From a virus, in the UHGV virus genome UHGV-1373008: 45,385 nt of DNA. One strand, 5' to 3'. The position numbers and the translations under genes are program-made. Of the stretch, positions 1-9,379 are shown in pieces. Each line of letters opens with the position of its first letter. The stretch's first letter is position 1. The notes beneath the pieces were generated by a model. It saw only the letters and a program-made list of their open reading frames with translations, searched no databases and was not told the DNA's origin.

Positions 1-1079
1 GTTCCGCATCATCACCATCTTGTGATGATGTATATGCATTCAACTCAACAGTAGAAAGCGCAGATCTTGTTCGTTCTTACTATGCGATTGGTTTTATAGC
101 CAACTCTACAAACTGTGGCTTTGATACAGCGGTTCTTCTAAAACCAATGACAGTTGATAGTATTAATGGATCTGGTGCAGCAACAAACTACACTGAAAAC
201 TGCGTAATCAGAAATATAAACATACCAGATTTAGGGTTAACTTCATCATCTGAAGGCGTTTTATTAAATAACTCTAAAGGTTGTTTAATAGAAAATATTG
301 ATATCAGGAATTGTAAAAACGTAGTTAGTACATACTATACCGTCGATTCATACAATGACACTGCAAAACCTAATATTTTAAGGAATATTAGTGGTCAAGG
401 CGTTAACATTATAGCAATCAGGGCTAAATATGCACACATTGAATCATTTGAAGGAGTAGGTACATACACGAATGAAGTTCAATTTGCAAACAACAATGCA
501 TCAGGCAATACCATAAATAAAAAACCAAAATCAATTGGTTTTGGTGGGACTAACTTACAGTCATGGTTTTTAACAAATAATACGGTAAAAGGATGGTCAC
601 GAAAATATTTTTATATTCGGCCATCCGAAATTTTGTTGAACGATAAAGTAGACACTTTTTCATGGAATGAAAATAAACTTGTCGCAACAAAATCAGGAGT
701 AAACCTTTACTTTATGTGGCGAGTTCCTGACGATATCAATGCAATTGATGATATTCGCGCTTTTATTAGATTTAACACTGCCGTAGATCAAGATGCCTCT
801 GTTGCTGGATCTACAGTAGAGGCAAGTTTGATACAAATGGTCGCTTTCGATGGTAACATTGGTGAAACACCATATGTTGCTTTTTCAAACAGCAAGGTTG
901 CAACAGCGGGTGTAGAAGACACAACGGTAGTAACGCAAATGGGTAGCAATGTACCAGGTTTGGTTTATATGGATGATACTACACATGGTTTATCCTATAG
1001 CTGGTATGTGCTGTTTAAAATGACAAATAATGTCAACAATAACTACATGAAAGAAATCAGAGTAGCGGGGTATAACTAA
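1..1079 (+). CDS. Tail spike/fiber protein, C-terminal part (probable receptor-binding or depolymerase domain). Partial here; the ORF is open from position 3 and is in frame with 44308..45385 across the window junction
   Basis: Frame 3 is open from window start to the stop at 1077-1079. The 1-nt remainder of the 44308..45385 ORF plus 'gt' at positions 1-2 completes a codon. The protein is N/S/T/G-rich and repetitive, as in beta-helix tailspikes. Confidence 0.6.
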   Translation, partial: SASSPSCDDVYAFNSTVESADLVRSYYAIGFIANSTNCGFDTAVLLKPMTVDSINGSGAATNYTENCVIRNINIPDLGLTSSSEGVLLNNSKGCLIENIDIRNCKNVVSTYYTVDSYNDTAKPNILRNISGQGVNIIAIRAKYAHIESFEGVGTYTNEVQFANNNASGNTINKKPKSIGFGGTNLQSWFLTNNTVKGWSRKYFYIRPSEILLNDKVDTFSWNENKLVATKSGVNLYFMWRVPDDINAIDDIRAFIRFNTAVDQDASVAGSTVEASLIQMVAFDGNIGETPYVAFSNSKVATAGVEDTTVVTQMGSNVPGLVYMDDTTHGLSYSWYVLFKMTNNVNNNYMKEIRVAGYN

Positions 1080-1348
1080 TGACCGGTTCAGAATCAAGAA
1101 AAGCACAAGATCTCTTCTTTGGTATTATTGATTATTACGCTAATCTTTCAGGTACAGACATAACTGAAGATCAGTTGAAACAACGCGATGAAATAATGAA
1201 AAGTGGATCTATAGAATGTGATGATTCTTTAGATAGTGAAATCTTAGATTTGCAAGATCAATTTCTTGCAAAAAAAGAAAGTAACATCATAAATAAAGAT
1301 CAAATAGCGATAGTTGAAAAAGCACTATCGCTATTAAAAAAATCTTAA
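1079..1348 (+). CDS. Hypothetical acidic 89-aa protein, translationally coupled to the tailspike (TAATGA overlap)
   Basis: ORF track. The ATG overlaps the tailspike stop. A terminator follows. Confidence 0.5.
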   Translation: MTGSESRKAQDLFFGIIDYYANLSGTDITEDQLKQRDEIMKSGSIECDDSLDSEILDLQDQFLAKKESNIINKDQIAIVEKALSLLKKS

Positions 1349-1364
1349 TTATCATACTGGTAGT

Positions 1365-1400
1365 AACGTGCATCTCATTTGATGCACGTTATATTTATTT
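1365..1400. terminator. Rho-independent terminator (AACGTGCATC-loop-GATGCACGTT followed by ATATTTATTT)
   Basis: Perfect 10-bp inverted repeat followed by a T-rich tract; lies between convergent genes. Confidence 0.7.
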
Positions 1401-1482
1401 AAATCACTCAGAATGGGATATCATCATCAAAATCCATCGGCGGCTCGTTTGCCGGTGGTTTTGGTGTGTTTGATGGTTTCAT

Positions 1483-1941
1483 TCAAAAACTATCAATTTG
1501 TATACTCTTATCATGAGGCTTTTTCAAAGGGTAATGCGTTGCTCTCCAGTCATTGAATGCCATCATGGCTGCTTCCCACCCAAGGCATACGCACACAAAG
1601 CACCCTGCTCTTTTACTTGCCTCGAGATAATCAAGCTGACCATCCTCCCATTCACTAAGTGTATGGTCTCTCCTCTTCATCTCAATGACAAGTGATGGGT
1701 TCCCAGGGATTATTATATCTGAAGCTCCTTTGTTTAAAGCTCCTTTCTTTTTTAAGTTATTAACTTCGTGCGCTCTTCTCTTCCCCTCGTTTGGGACGTG
1801 AAGAACAAGGCGCCCAAAACTGTCAGGATACATTTTCTTCAACTGATTTATGAATGTTACAAGTTCAGCATCTTCTACGGGACATTTTTTATTGCGGTAG
1901 TCCTTTTCACCATAAATCTTTAACCACTCAGGGAAAATCAT
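1483..1941 (-). CDS. VRR-NUC domain nuclease (PD-(D/E)XK)
   Basis: Motif ...SDIIIPG...LVIEMKRRD... matches the D...E-x-K core of VRR-NUC. ATGA start/stop overlap with the upstream helicase; typical position in the Sak4/helicase/primase module. Confidence 0.7.
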   Translation of the reverse strand: MIFPEWLKIYGEKDYRNKKCPVEDAELVTFINQLKKMYPDSFGRLVLHVPNEGKRRAHEVNNLKKKGALNKGASDIIIPGNPSLVIEMKRRDHTLSEWEDGQLDYLEASKRAGCFVCVCLGWEAAMMAFNDWRATHYPLKKPHDKSIQIDSF

Positions 1942-3800
1942 AACTCACCCCAGTACATACCTTTCACATTGTAATATTTGCTGCCTTTATCCTTTCTGAA
2001 CATAATGGCAGTAGGATATGTAGCATCTTCTCTTCTCGATAGTGCTTCATCTATTTCTAGTACCTCTCCAAAAGATTTAATACTGAAGTCCTCCCATTCT
2101 CTTCTTTGCCACGCCTTTTCTGCCATGGGTTTAAAGAATTTGTTAACGAACCATGGCGACTGCTCAATAGCAAACTTAACTACCAACATATCATCACCAC
2201 TGCTTACATAGTGGCGAGTTATACTCATCATTGTAACTTTTGATTGCTTGGTTGCATCAGGCGCAGAGTCAAGCCTTGCCGCCTCTTCCTGTAGCTTCTG
2301 GTTAGGGTCGATTATTTCTGCTTTACAACTCACGCAGTTACGCGCAGCAATATCATTTTCAAAACCACAATCAGGACATTCTTTGAATGACCATTTATAC
2401 GTGCAACGACGCATTTCACGCAGCGCACCAACCATAATATAGTTCTTACAGCGGCGCCCAAAGTGTCCTGGCATTGGCTTTTGTCCTATCTTTTCGCCAG
2501 ATTTATCATAAATATCTACCATTATTCTGTCACCAGCGAGATCAAGCCAATATCCCTCACTGTCCATCTCAAGGCCTTCTGGATTTGGACGCACTCCAAA
2601 TTCATTAACAAATCCGCACGATGGGCATTTTACTTCCATTGGAACAGATGGTTTTTTTCGTGTTGCTTTAATCTCAGGAGTAAACAGGTCTCCTGTCTCC
2701 GCAAAATGACGCTCTATGTTTCCTGCATAGTCGCTAACGAGAAAGTTTTCCTTACCTTCGTAGAGCCTGGTTCCACGACCTATTATCTGCTGATACAGTC
2801 GCGGTGACTCTGTGGCGCGCATTACAGCAATATGATCGCAATGTGGCACATCGACGCCAACCGTAAGTATATTCTGGTTGACGATGTATTTAACTTTCTG
2901 AGCCTTAAAATCTGATATAGCCTTGTTGCGCTCAGCAGTAGGCATATCACCGAAAACATAACTATAACTACCTGGCGGAAGAGATTCCATGATCTCCATG
3001 GCATGTTTTTTCGTGCTGGCGAAAATCATAGTTCCCCGGCGATTCACTGATCGCTTGACGATATCCTCAACAATGCGAGACGTCTTGCGTCCTTTGCCAA
3101 CCATGGCGCGCTCTACGGATGCCGTTGTATAGCGCCCAAGTTTATCCTTCTCAAGGCCAGAGGTATCATATTCTTCTTCTACGTGCTCAGTAACTGGAGG
3201 CGTCAGATAGCCATTATCAATCAGGAATTTTGCCTCAAGCTCATAAACAACCTTGTCATAGTAAGGGTCAATCGCTGTCTCTTCTTCGGTTGGCCCATCA
3301 ATATAGTGCTCTTTATAGATATAACCAGTGCCAAGGCGATAAGGAGTTGCGGTCATGCCAATGATGCGCAGCTTTGGGTTTCGACGCCTCATCTCATTAA
3401 TAATAAATTTAATGGTTGGAGTGATGCCGTCGCACTCATCAATGATGACGGCGCCATATTTATCTCCGAACATTTCAATAGAGTTTTTGATTGTGACAGG
3501 AGAGCCAAAAACAACAGGGTGGCGCAGATTTTTAGGGCCAGCCTTGGCGCTGAACATGCTTGCTGGCTCGCCAGTAAGAAGATATTTAGCCCTATTTTGC
3601 AAAACCAATTCTGAACTCGGAGCGATACACAGCACACGTTTTTTACTCATCTCATAGATGCGCGCTGCAAGCTCAGCGACAACCATTGACTTACCTGCGC
3701 CAGTAGGAAGGATAATAACGCATGATGAGATGGTGCTTCTAATGTGAGCCATAGCCGCGTCAACCGCTTCCTGCTGGTATGGCCTTAGCGTATATTTCAT
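1938..3800 (-). CDS. DEAD/DEAH-box (SF2) DNA helicase with C-terminal double zinc-ribbon
   Basis: Walker A ILPTGAGKS and motif II IIDECDG. C-terminal CPSCGF...CPDCGF...C..C. RBS GAGAGGACA upstream of the ATG at 3800. Confidence 0.8.
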   Translation of the reverse strand: MKYTLRPYQQEAVDAAMAHIRSTISSCVIILPTGAGKSMVVAELAARIYEMSKKRVLCIAPSSELVLQNRAKYLLTGEPASMFSAKAGPKNLRHPVVFGSPVTIKNSIEMFGDKYGAVIIDECDGITPTIKFIINEMRRRNPKLRIIGMTATPYRLGTGYIYKEHYIDGPTEEETAIDPYYDKVVYELEAKFLIDNGYLTPPVTEHVEEEYDTSGLEKDKLGRYTTASVERAMVGKGRKTSRIVEDIVKRSVNRRGTMIFASTKKHAMEIMESLPPGSYSYVFGDMPTAERNKAISDFKAQKVKYIVNQNILTVGVDVPHCDHIAVMRATESPRLYQQIIGRGTRLYEGKENFLVSDYAGNIERHFAETGDLFTPEIKATRKKPSVPMEVKCPSCGFVNEFGVRPNPEGLEMDSEGYWLDLAGDRIMVDIYDKSGEKIGQKPMPGHFGRRCKNYIMVGALREMRRCTYKWSFKECPDCGFENDIAARNCVSCKAEIIDPNQKLQEEAARLDSAPDATKQSKVTMMSITRHYVSSGDDMLVVKFAIEQSPWFVNKFFKPMAEKAWQRREWEDFSIKSFGEVLEIDEALSRREDATYPTAIMFRKDKGSKYYNVKGMYWGEL

Positions 3801-3854
3801 AATGTCCTCTCGAATGAAAAAGGGCCACGAATGGCCCTTGGTTACTTATTTAAA

Positions 3855-4391
3855 TCAAAATGGTACATCATCGTCGAAGTCAACAGGCGGATCTTCATCC
3901 TGCGGCTTTACCGTTTGCTTTTGTTGCTTTGCTGCTGGAGCGGATTTAGTCTGCTGGCGGCCAAATACCCCGGCAACGTAGTTGCCTGACTTCTGCTTAT
4001 CGTCAGACTGCCATACGCGAAGCAGGAGGATCATCGGGCGGTTAGCCAGAGCGCTTGCGATAGCAAAATCAGTAGGCTCTTTCCCTGACGCCATCAATTT
4101 ACCTCCAGCGTTTGCGTCAATTGCTGCAAGCATGCTGATGGCGTTATCGCGCTGCTTGTCCTTCTGGCTGAAAACCTTCAGCTTCTGGAAGATGATACGA
4201 TTTTTGTAATCACCGTCCAGGATGCGCCATTTAAGGTTAAAGAAGCGCTCACCTTCCCATTCATCGTCCTTGCACTCCTCCACTGCTGCCAGTACGCGGG
4301 TGCCGTCAGGAATAACTTCAAAACCACCACCAGCCTCAAATTCAGACTTTGACTCAACTTCTTTACCGTCAGAAAGATTCCAGAAACCCAT
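3855..4391 (-). CDS. DUF669-like phage replication-module protein with SSB-like acidic C-terminal tail (..DFDDDVPF)
   Basis: The C-terminus mimics the bacterial SSB tail (DDDIPF). Sits in the conserved Gp157/Sak4/DUF669/helicase order. RBS GAGAGGACA. Confidence 0.6.
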   Translation of the reverse strand: MGFWNLSDGKEVESKSEFEAGGGFEVIPDGTRVLAAVEECKDDEWEGERFFNLKWRILDGDYKNRIIFQKLKVFSQKDKQRDNAISMLAAIDANAGGKLMASGKEPTDFAIASALANRPMILLLRVWQSDDKQKSGNYVAGVFGRQQTKSAPAAKQQKQTVKPQDEDPPVDFDDDVPF

Positions 4392-4407
4392 TTTTATGTC
4401 CTCTCGA

Positions 4408-4887
4408 TTATTTGATGATCAGCTTTGGTTTTCCATCGGTGATGGCACAACCTTTAATTTCAGTTCCGGCTTTCAGTGCTGCTTTAATCGCTGCATTATC
4501 TGCCGATACTTTTACAACACGATACTGCTCTGGCAACTGCTCAACCGGGACAAACACATCCAAAACAGGAGATGGTTTGCCAAGCGTTATGCTGAACAGC
4601 TTGCCTTTGATATTCGTTTTTCCAGATGCAAGCATGTTCTGACGAAGATAATCTTTCAGGTTATCTATCTTCGCAGTCAGCACCCGCTTGCGTTCTGACA
4701 TGCGTTCAATCTCAGCCTTCATGCCAGCTTCATCCGCCTCAAGCTCGCTGATATAAGCTGCCACCATTTCGGCCTTTCCTTCAAACTCCTCCTCAATCAG
4801 GTTAATGGTATCTTCAATCTGCTCGCGCGGAATATCTTCCATCGCAAGCAGTTCGTTAAGCTGTTTCGTTATTTCGTAAAGACGCAT
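4408..4887 (-). CDS. Sipho_Gp157-like protein (coiled-coil N-terminus)
   Basis: About 160 aa. Composition and position next to the Sak4 ATPase are as in Streptococcus phage gp157 family modules. Confidence 0.5.
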   Translation of the reverse strand: MRLYEITKQLNELLAMEDIPREQIEDTINLIEEEFEGKAEMVAAYISELEADEAGMKAEIERMSERKRVLTAKIDNLKDYLRQNMLASGKTNIKGKLFSITLGKPSPVLDVFVPVEQLPEQYRVVKVSADNAAIKAALKAGTEIKGCAITDGKPKLIIK

Positions 4888-5698
4888 AATACTTAATCTC
4901 TGTCATAAGTGGATTTTCGCCTTTATCAAACTGAATCTCAGGTTCAAGGTTGAAGCGATTTTTCGCATTGACGTAACCAACCCGGCCATCACCAGAGGTG
5001 ACAAGTACACGCTGCCCTGTCTGCACAACTTTACCGAACTTAGTTACCTGCCCTTTTTTATCTGTCTCAGTACCCTTCACAAACTCCTCATTGCGGATAT
5101 AGATAACAGCATCGCTAAGCGCAACGTAACCATCAATACTGGCTTCGTGCATATTGAGGGTGTAAACGGTGTACTCGTCAGAATCCGGTCTGTTCTTCAT
5201 CTTACGTATGCCAGCATGCGCAAGATAAATGATGCTCATACCTTTGTTGGAGCGCAGATACTTGCAGGCGTTAATAATTTCAGCATGCATCTCCGCCACA
5301 ACCAGATAGCCCTTGTTGTAACCACCGGCCGCTGCACCAACGTTATCTACTCCATAGTTTTCGCAAACCTCATGCTCAAACATGGCGTGGAGGCTGGTGA
5401 TGGAATCGATAACCAGCGTTTTATAGTCATGCTCTTCTGTAATAAGAGCGCGCAACTGTGACAATAAGTCTTCTTTTGTGCTCGTCTTGCGCTTTGCATC
5501 AGCTCGCTTCAGAACAGGGAATGAATCAGGCTTGTTTTCTTCGTCCCAGTCGTCGAATACGCCGGTAATCTCTTCCGCCTGAATGAAAACAGGCTTAGGG
5601 AATAGCGCTGCAAGAGTCGTCTTGCCAACGCCAGGCGTGCCGACAAGAGTAATGATAGGTGCAACTGGTTTTGGTTTTTGAATCATTGATAAGCTCAT
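4856..5698 (-). CDS. Sak4-like AAA_24 ATPase (RecA-fold recombination/replication ATPase)
   Basis: Walker A GTPGVGKTT. The track ORF begins at a GTG (5716); the ATG at 5698 is preceded by the strong RBS GAGAGGACA, so I place the start at 5698. Confidence 0.75.
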   Translation of the reverse strand: MSLSMIQKPKPVAPIITLVGTPGVGKTTLAALFPKPVFIQAEEITGVFDDWDEENKPDSFPVLKRADAKRKTSTKEDLLSQLRALITEEHDYKTLVIDSITSLHAMFEHEVCENYGVDNVGAAAGGYNKGYLVVAEMHAEIINACKYLRSNKGMSIIYLAHAGIRKMKNRPDSDEYTVYTLNMHEASIDGYVALSDAVIYIRNEEFVKGTETDKKGQVTKFGKVVQTGQRVLVTSGDGRVGYVNAKNRFNLEPEIQFDKGENPLMTEIKYYASLRNNETA

Positions 5699-5741
5699 AG
5701 TGTCCTCTCGAATCACTCAGCGTTGTTGCTGGTGTGAGTAA

Positions 5742-5770
5742 AAGATACGACAGGACATTCGTCAGGTCAA
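5742..5770 (-). promoter_or_regulatory. Leftward early promoter (TTGACC-N17-TATCTT) for the replication/recombination operon
   Basis: -35 is the reverse complement of 5765-5770; -10 is the reverse complement of 5742-5747. Back-to-back with the rightward promoter. Confidence 0.55.
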
Positions 5771-5774
5771 TAGC

Positions 5775-5803
5775 TTTACATAAAAATATTTTGCGTTTAT
5801 CAT
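5775..5803 (+). promoter_or_regulatory. Rightward early promoter (TTTACA-N17-TATCAT) for cro-like/primase
   Basis: -35 at 5775-5780 and -10 at 5798-5803. RBS AGGAGG before the ATG at 5830. Confidence 0.55.
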
Positions 5804-5829
5804 TCTTCTATAAATTAGCAGGAGGAAAG

Positions 5830-6072
5830 ATGAAAACCATAGCTGAACAAATCAAAGAAATGGAAAAAAAGGCTCTCGATGCTCTTATTGAGCACATGGG
5901 AGGGCAGGCATCGCTTGCGCGATTCCTTGGCGTTTCTCGTCAATCAGTAAACGAATGGGTTTCCCGTGGGCGCATCAGCGCAACGGCTGCCATAGAGGTA
6001 GATAAGCTAACCAACGGACTTTTTAAAAAGGAAGATTTGCGCCCAGCAGTTACTCAATGGAGAGCAAAATAA
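5830..6072 (+). CDS. Cro/YdaS-like HTH transcriptional regulator (DUF1019 family)
   Basis: Internal ATG with RBS GCAGGAGGAAAG. The sequence GGQASLARFLGVSRQSVNEWVSRGRIS is a typical YdaS/Cro-type HTH. Confidence 0.7.
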   Translation: MKTIAEQIKEMEKKALDALIEHMGGQASLARFLGVSRQSVNEWVSRGRISATAAIEVDKLTNGLFKKEDLRPAVTQWRAK

Positions 6073-8390
6073 TGACAGGATATAAGGATTATCACGCCGC
6101 CGGATTCCCAATTATAGGAATCTACCCAATGGATCATGACAGGAAATGCACCTGCGAGCGTCCTGAATGCGACGCAGCAGGCAAACATCCCATAATGTCA
6201 AACTGGCAATGTGGAATCATATGGGAAGATGACCAACTTGAAAACATGCGTGAGTTTGGCCAGCTAAACAGTTTCGGCGTGCTGGTCGATGGCTATCTTG
6301 TCGTAGATGTTGACCCGCGAAATGGTGGCAATGAAGGGTATGAGGCGCTTTGCGAGGCGCTTGATATGGAGCTTGCCGATGAATCAGGATTTGTGGTGAA
6401 CACCGGTGGTGGCGGCAAGCATATTTATTATAAATTGCCGGATGGAGTGAAGCTCAATTCTCACGACAAGCGATTCAAAGGAATTGACTTCAAGTCTTCA
6501 GGCTTCGTGATAGGGTGTGGATCATTCCATAAATCAGGCAACTTTTATGAAGCTGAGCATGGCTCTCCGTCATCCATAACAGAGCCACCATCGTCACTTG
6601 TTGAGCTATTGCAACGAGCAGAGCGCGAGGAATTTTCACTCGGCGCCGAATCGTTTTCCATGCAGGAACTTCAGGACATGCTGAACCACATTAACTGTGG
6701 TGAAGATTATGAGGACTGGATTCGCGTTGGCATGGCAATTCATGAGGCAACAGATGGCAACGGATTTGATCTGTGGGACTCATGGTCATCACGCTTCTCA
6801 AAGTATGACCCATCTGATATGGATTACCATTGGCACTCATACGGCAAAGGAAATGGCGACCGCGTCACTGCCGCCACGCTTGTTCATCTTGCGGAAGAGG
6901 GTGGATGGGTCCGTGCAGTATCATTTCAGGCATCGCCAGAAGAAATTGCATTGCTTGAGAAGTTTGAGAAAAAAATGGCGATGGGTGTTGGTGAATGCCC
7001 AGTCGATTACAAGTCTGTTGATGTGCGGTTTCCGCCAGGTTTCGTGGGAAAGCTAACGGAGTGGATTAACAGAAACTGCGCAGAGAAAAGAGAATATCTT
7101 GCAGCTCTGGCAGCCATCCATGCGGCATCAATCATCTGCGGCGCCTCTTCAGATATTTACCTTACCAATCGTAAGGCTGTGCCAAATCTTTTTTCTATTG
7201 GCATCGCGGGGTCTGGTTCAGGAAAGGGTGACGTGCTTGCGGCTCTGCAAAAAATTATCGACTGCTCAGGACTCAGCAAGACAGTGGCCGGCAAAATCCG
7301 TTCTGAAAGAGCCATATATGAGGGACTGGCAGCTAATCAGATGTTTAACCTCATTATGGATGAGATTGGCATCAAACTCGGCAGCGTGGTTGGGCAAAAG
7401 GTCAGCGAGTACAACATGGCCACGGCTGGCGCACTGATGGAGTCTTACACCGCAGAAATACTGTACTGTGACCAGCGCATCACTGATGAATACGTCAAGC
7501 AGTTTGAAAAAAGGCTTGGCAACCTCATGATGATGATCGAAGAAAACGAGTTGCAGGCAGATCCTGTCGATATTAAGCGTCAGTTTGAAGATGTGATTAG
7601 TCGTATAGATGGTGCGATACGAAATCCTTTCTTTTCCATGTTTGGCGTTTCGACTGATGACCAGTTTAAAAAACTCATTACTGAAGAGAACATAAAATCA
7701 GGTCTCATGGGCCGCGCCATGATTATGCAGGAGCTTCAGGAAATCGCAGACGAAAACGAAGACGTGGAATACTGCGACCTGCCAATGCCTATGCAAATGA
7801 CCATAAAAACAATAATAAATGGCACTACTGCTGGTTATAAAAACTGGACAGAATCAATCATAAGCAGCAAAGAAAGGAGAGCAATAAAGGCAACGCCAGA
7901 GGTTTCAGCAATGGCAAAAGAGTTTTTTTCATGGCTCAAGATGATTGCCCGCCAGCACGTAGAAAATGGCACAGGCTATCAACCGTTGATTAACCGGTGC
8001 GCTGTAAAGGTGGCAAAGATAGCTGGAATTCTTGCCTGCGATACTGGCGTTATCACAATGGAGCATCTGCGGTATGCCGTTGCGCTCACCATCAAATCAA
8101 CAAGCGATTTAATGATGCGGGCTGATAGTTTGTCAGGGGCTAACTCCAAGAGCAACGACAGGCGCGTTGAGGGGCTTGAATCGCTTGTCCGCGAGTACGT
8201 CAAGCGTGGAATGGCCCGTAAAGCAATCATTATTGGCGTGGCTAAGGATGGAAACTATAAACGAGCTGACTCTGAGCGCATGCTGGATAAGCTCATTGAA
8301 GACGGCGAGGTTATTGAGGATAAAGAGGCCAAGCGCACAAGCAACAGGGCCATCATCTACAAATTAGTTAATGATGAGGTAAGCATATGA
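6072..8390 (+). CDS. Bifunctional primase-polymerase (PrimPol N-terminus) fused to a D5/P4-alpha-type SF3 helicase
   Basis: N-terminal region VVDVDPRNGG...GGGGKHIYY (prim-pol). Central Walker A GIAGSGSGKGD. TAATG overlap with the cro-like stop; RBS GGAG. Confidence 0.7.
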   Translation: MTGYKDYHAAGFPIIGIYPMDHDRKCTCERPECDAAGKHPIMSNWQCGIIWEDDQLENMREFGQLNSFGVLVDGYLVVDVDPRNGGNEGYEALCEALDMELADESGFVVNTGGGGKHIYYKLPDGVKLNSHDKRFKGIDFKSSGFVIGCGSFHKSGNFYEAEHGSPSSITEPPSSLVELLQRAEREEFSLGAESFSMQELQDMLNHINCGEDYEDWIRVGMAIHEATDGNGFDLWDSWSSRFSKYDPSDMDYHWHSYGKGNGDRVTAATLVHLAEEGGWVRAVSFQASPEEIALLEKFEKKMAMGVGECPVDYKSVDVRFPPGFVGKLTEWINRNCAEKREYLAALAAIHAASIICGASSDIYLTNRKAVPNLFSIGIAGSGSGKGDVLAALQKIIDCSGLSKTVAGKIRSERAIYEGLAANQMFNLIMDEIGIKLGSVVGQKVSEYNMATAGALMESYTAEILYCDQRITDEYVKQFEKRLGNLMMMIEENELQADPVDIKRQFEDVISRIDGAIRNPFFSMFGVSTDDQFKKLITEENIKSGLMGRAMIMQELQEIADENEDVEYCDLPMPMQMTIKTIINGTTAGYKNWTESIISSKERRAIKATPEVSAMAKEFFSWLKMIARQHVENGTGYQPLINRCAVKVAKIAGILACDTGVITMEHLRYAVALTIKSTSDLMMRADSLSGANSKSNDRRVEGLESLVREYVKRGMARKAIIIGVAKDGNYKRADSERMLDKLIEDGEVIEDKEAKRTSNRAIIYKLVNDEVSI

Positions 8391-8770
8391 TCCGCGTAAT
8401 TCAGCAAAGCGATATCTTTGCATACAGCCAGTATGAGGCTGAGTGCGAGCCAGAAGCAGCGCTAAACATGATGACTGGACGCAACCTCATGGAGGTCTAC
8501 TATCACAGTGTGCCAGTGTTTCGTTGCAATATGGGTCACAGCATAGAGGATGATGTATTTTTCTGCCGCATAAACTACAAGGGCAACACGGCCTTCATTT
8601 CACAGCCTTATCGTGATGTGGCGAAAAAATGCGGCAAGTGGACTCCAGATGAGCATTTCGCTGGCAATGCCGTGGCAAACTTCTGCGATGTGTTTAGCAT
8701 CGACCGTGAGGAACTGAAGCGATATCTGGATGCCAGGCGCAGCAGGGATAGTGCGGTTAGTCCATTTTGA
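8387..8770 (+). CDS. Hypothetical protein (127 aa), ATGA-coupled to the primase
   Basis: ORF track; start/stop overlap with the primase. Confidence 0.5.
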   Translation: MIRVIQQSDIFAYSQYEAECEPEAALNMMTGRNLMEVYYHSVPVFRCNMGHSIEDDVFFCRINYKGNTAFISQPYRDVAKKCGKWTPDEHFAGNAVANFCDVFSIDREELKRYLDARRSRDSAVSPF

Positions 8771-8782
8771 TGAAAAAGAAGA

Positions 8783-8806
8783 AGCCCACGAAAGTGGGCT
8801 TTTTTG
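8783..8806. terminator. Bidirectional rho-independent terminator (AGCCCAC-GAAA-GTGGGCT followed by TTTTTG)
   Basis: Stem-loop plus T-tract between convergent genes. Confidence 0.7.
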
Positions 8807-9379
8807 TTAGTCAAACTGCGTCAGGTTGTATTCTGTGACGTTTATGTACTGTTTCAGTACGACGTCATGCGGAGCGCCGCTTTCTTTTATGGCTGCGTCG
8901 ATTATTGTTTTTTTATCGGTTGTGTTTTTCATTATTTCAATAATGATACCCCTAACCATCCTTGCACGAGCCAGATGCTCATCAGGCGGGAGCTTTGAGT
9001 CTTTCTTGATTTCTGGCTTAGAGCTATCCTCAACCGAACCAAGTACGTAGACTATTGCTCTGTTGCTGCCTATCTTTCTATTGCTATCAATCTTTATGGA
9101 ACCATCAGTAACCATAAGGTTTAGCATTTCTGAAACTTTTGTTTTGCTGGCGCTCTCTATGCCAGCCGCTGTTGAAATCAATTTTTTCTTTGTCATCCCA
9201 CCAGAGTCCCTGACAAGAGAGATGATTCTTTCCCTTACCGCAGAGTCTTTATCAGTCCTTGTGGTTGATAACATCTCAACGACAGAAAGTATTCTTGATC
9301 TCATGTTACCAATGTCTTTTTCATAGGTAGCCTGCATCAACATAAAAACAACTGCATCTTTCTTCATAGTCACCTCCAC
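8807..9379 (-). CDS. Hypothetical low-GC protein (190 aa), possibly two winged-helix-like repeats (..NRAIVYVLG..)
   Basis: Strong RBS GGAGGTGAC. AT-rich codon usage unlike its neighbours. A promoter-like TTTACT-N17-TAGATT lies upstream. Confidence 0.5.
   Translation of the reverse strand: MEVTMKKDAVVFMLMQATYEKDIGNMRSRILSVVEMLSTTRTDKDSAVRERIISLVRDSGGMTKKKLISTAAGIESASKTKVSEMLNLMVTDGSIKIDSNRKIGSNRAIVYVLGSVEDSSKPEIKKDSKLPPDEHLARARMVRGIIIEIMKNTTDKKTIIDAAIKESGAPHDVVLKQYINVTEYNLTQFD

Noticed and set aside
1498-1695. Plus-strand ORF inside the minus-strand VRR-NUC gene. The same applies to 1978..2211, 2248..2442, 2463..2807, 3183..3657, 3982..4698 and 5147..5461.
   Set aside because: These are shadow ORFs on the strand opposite well-supported replication genes. 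They have no RBS and Cys/Ser-rich low-complexity translations.
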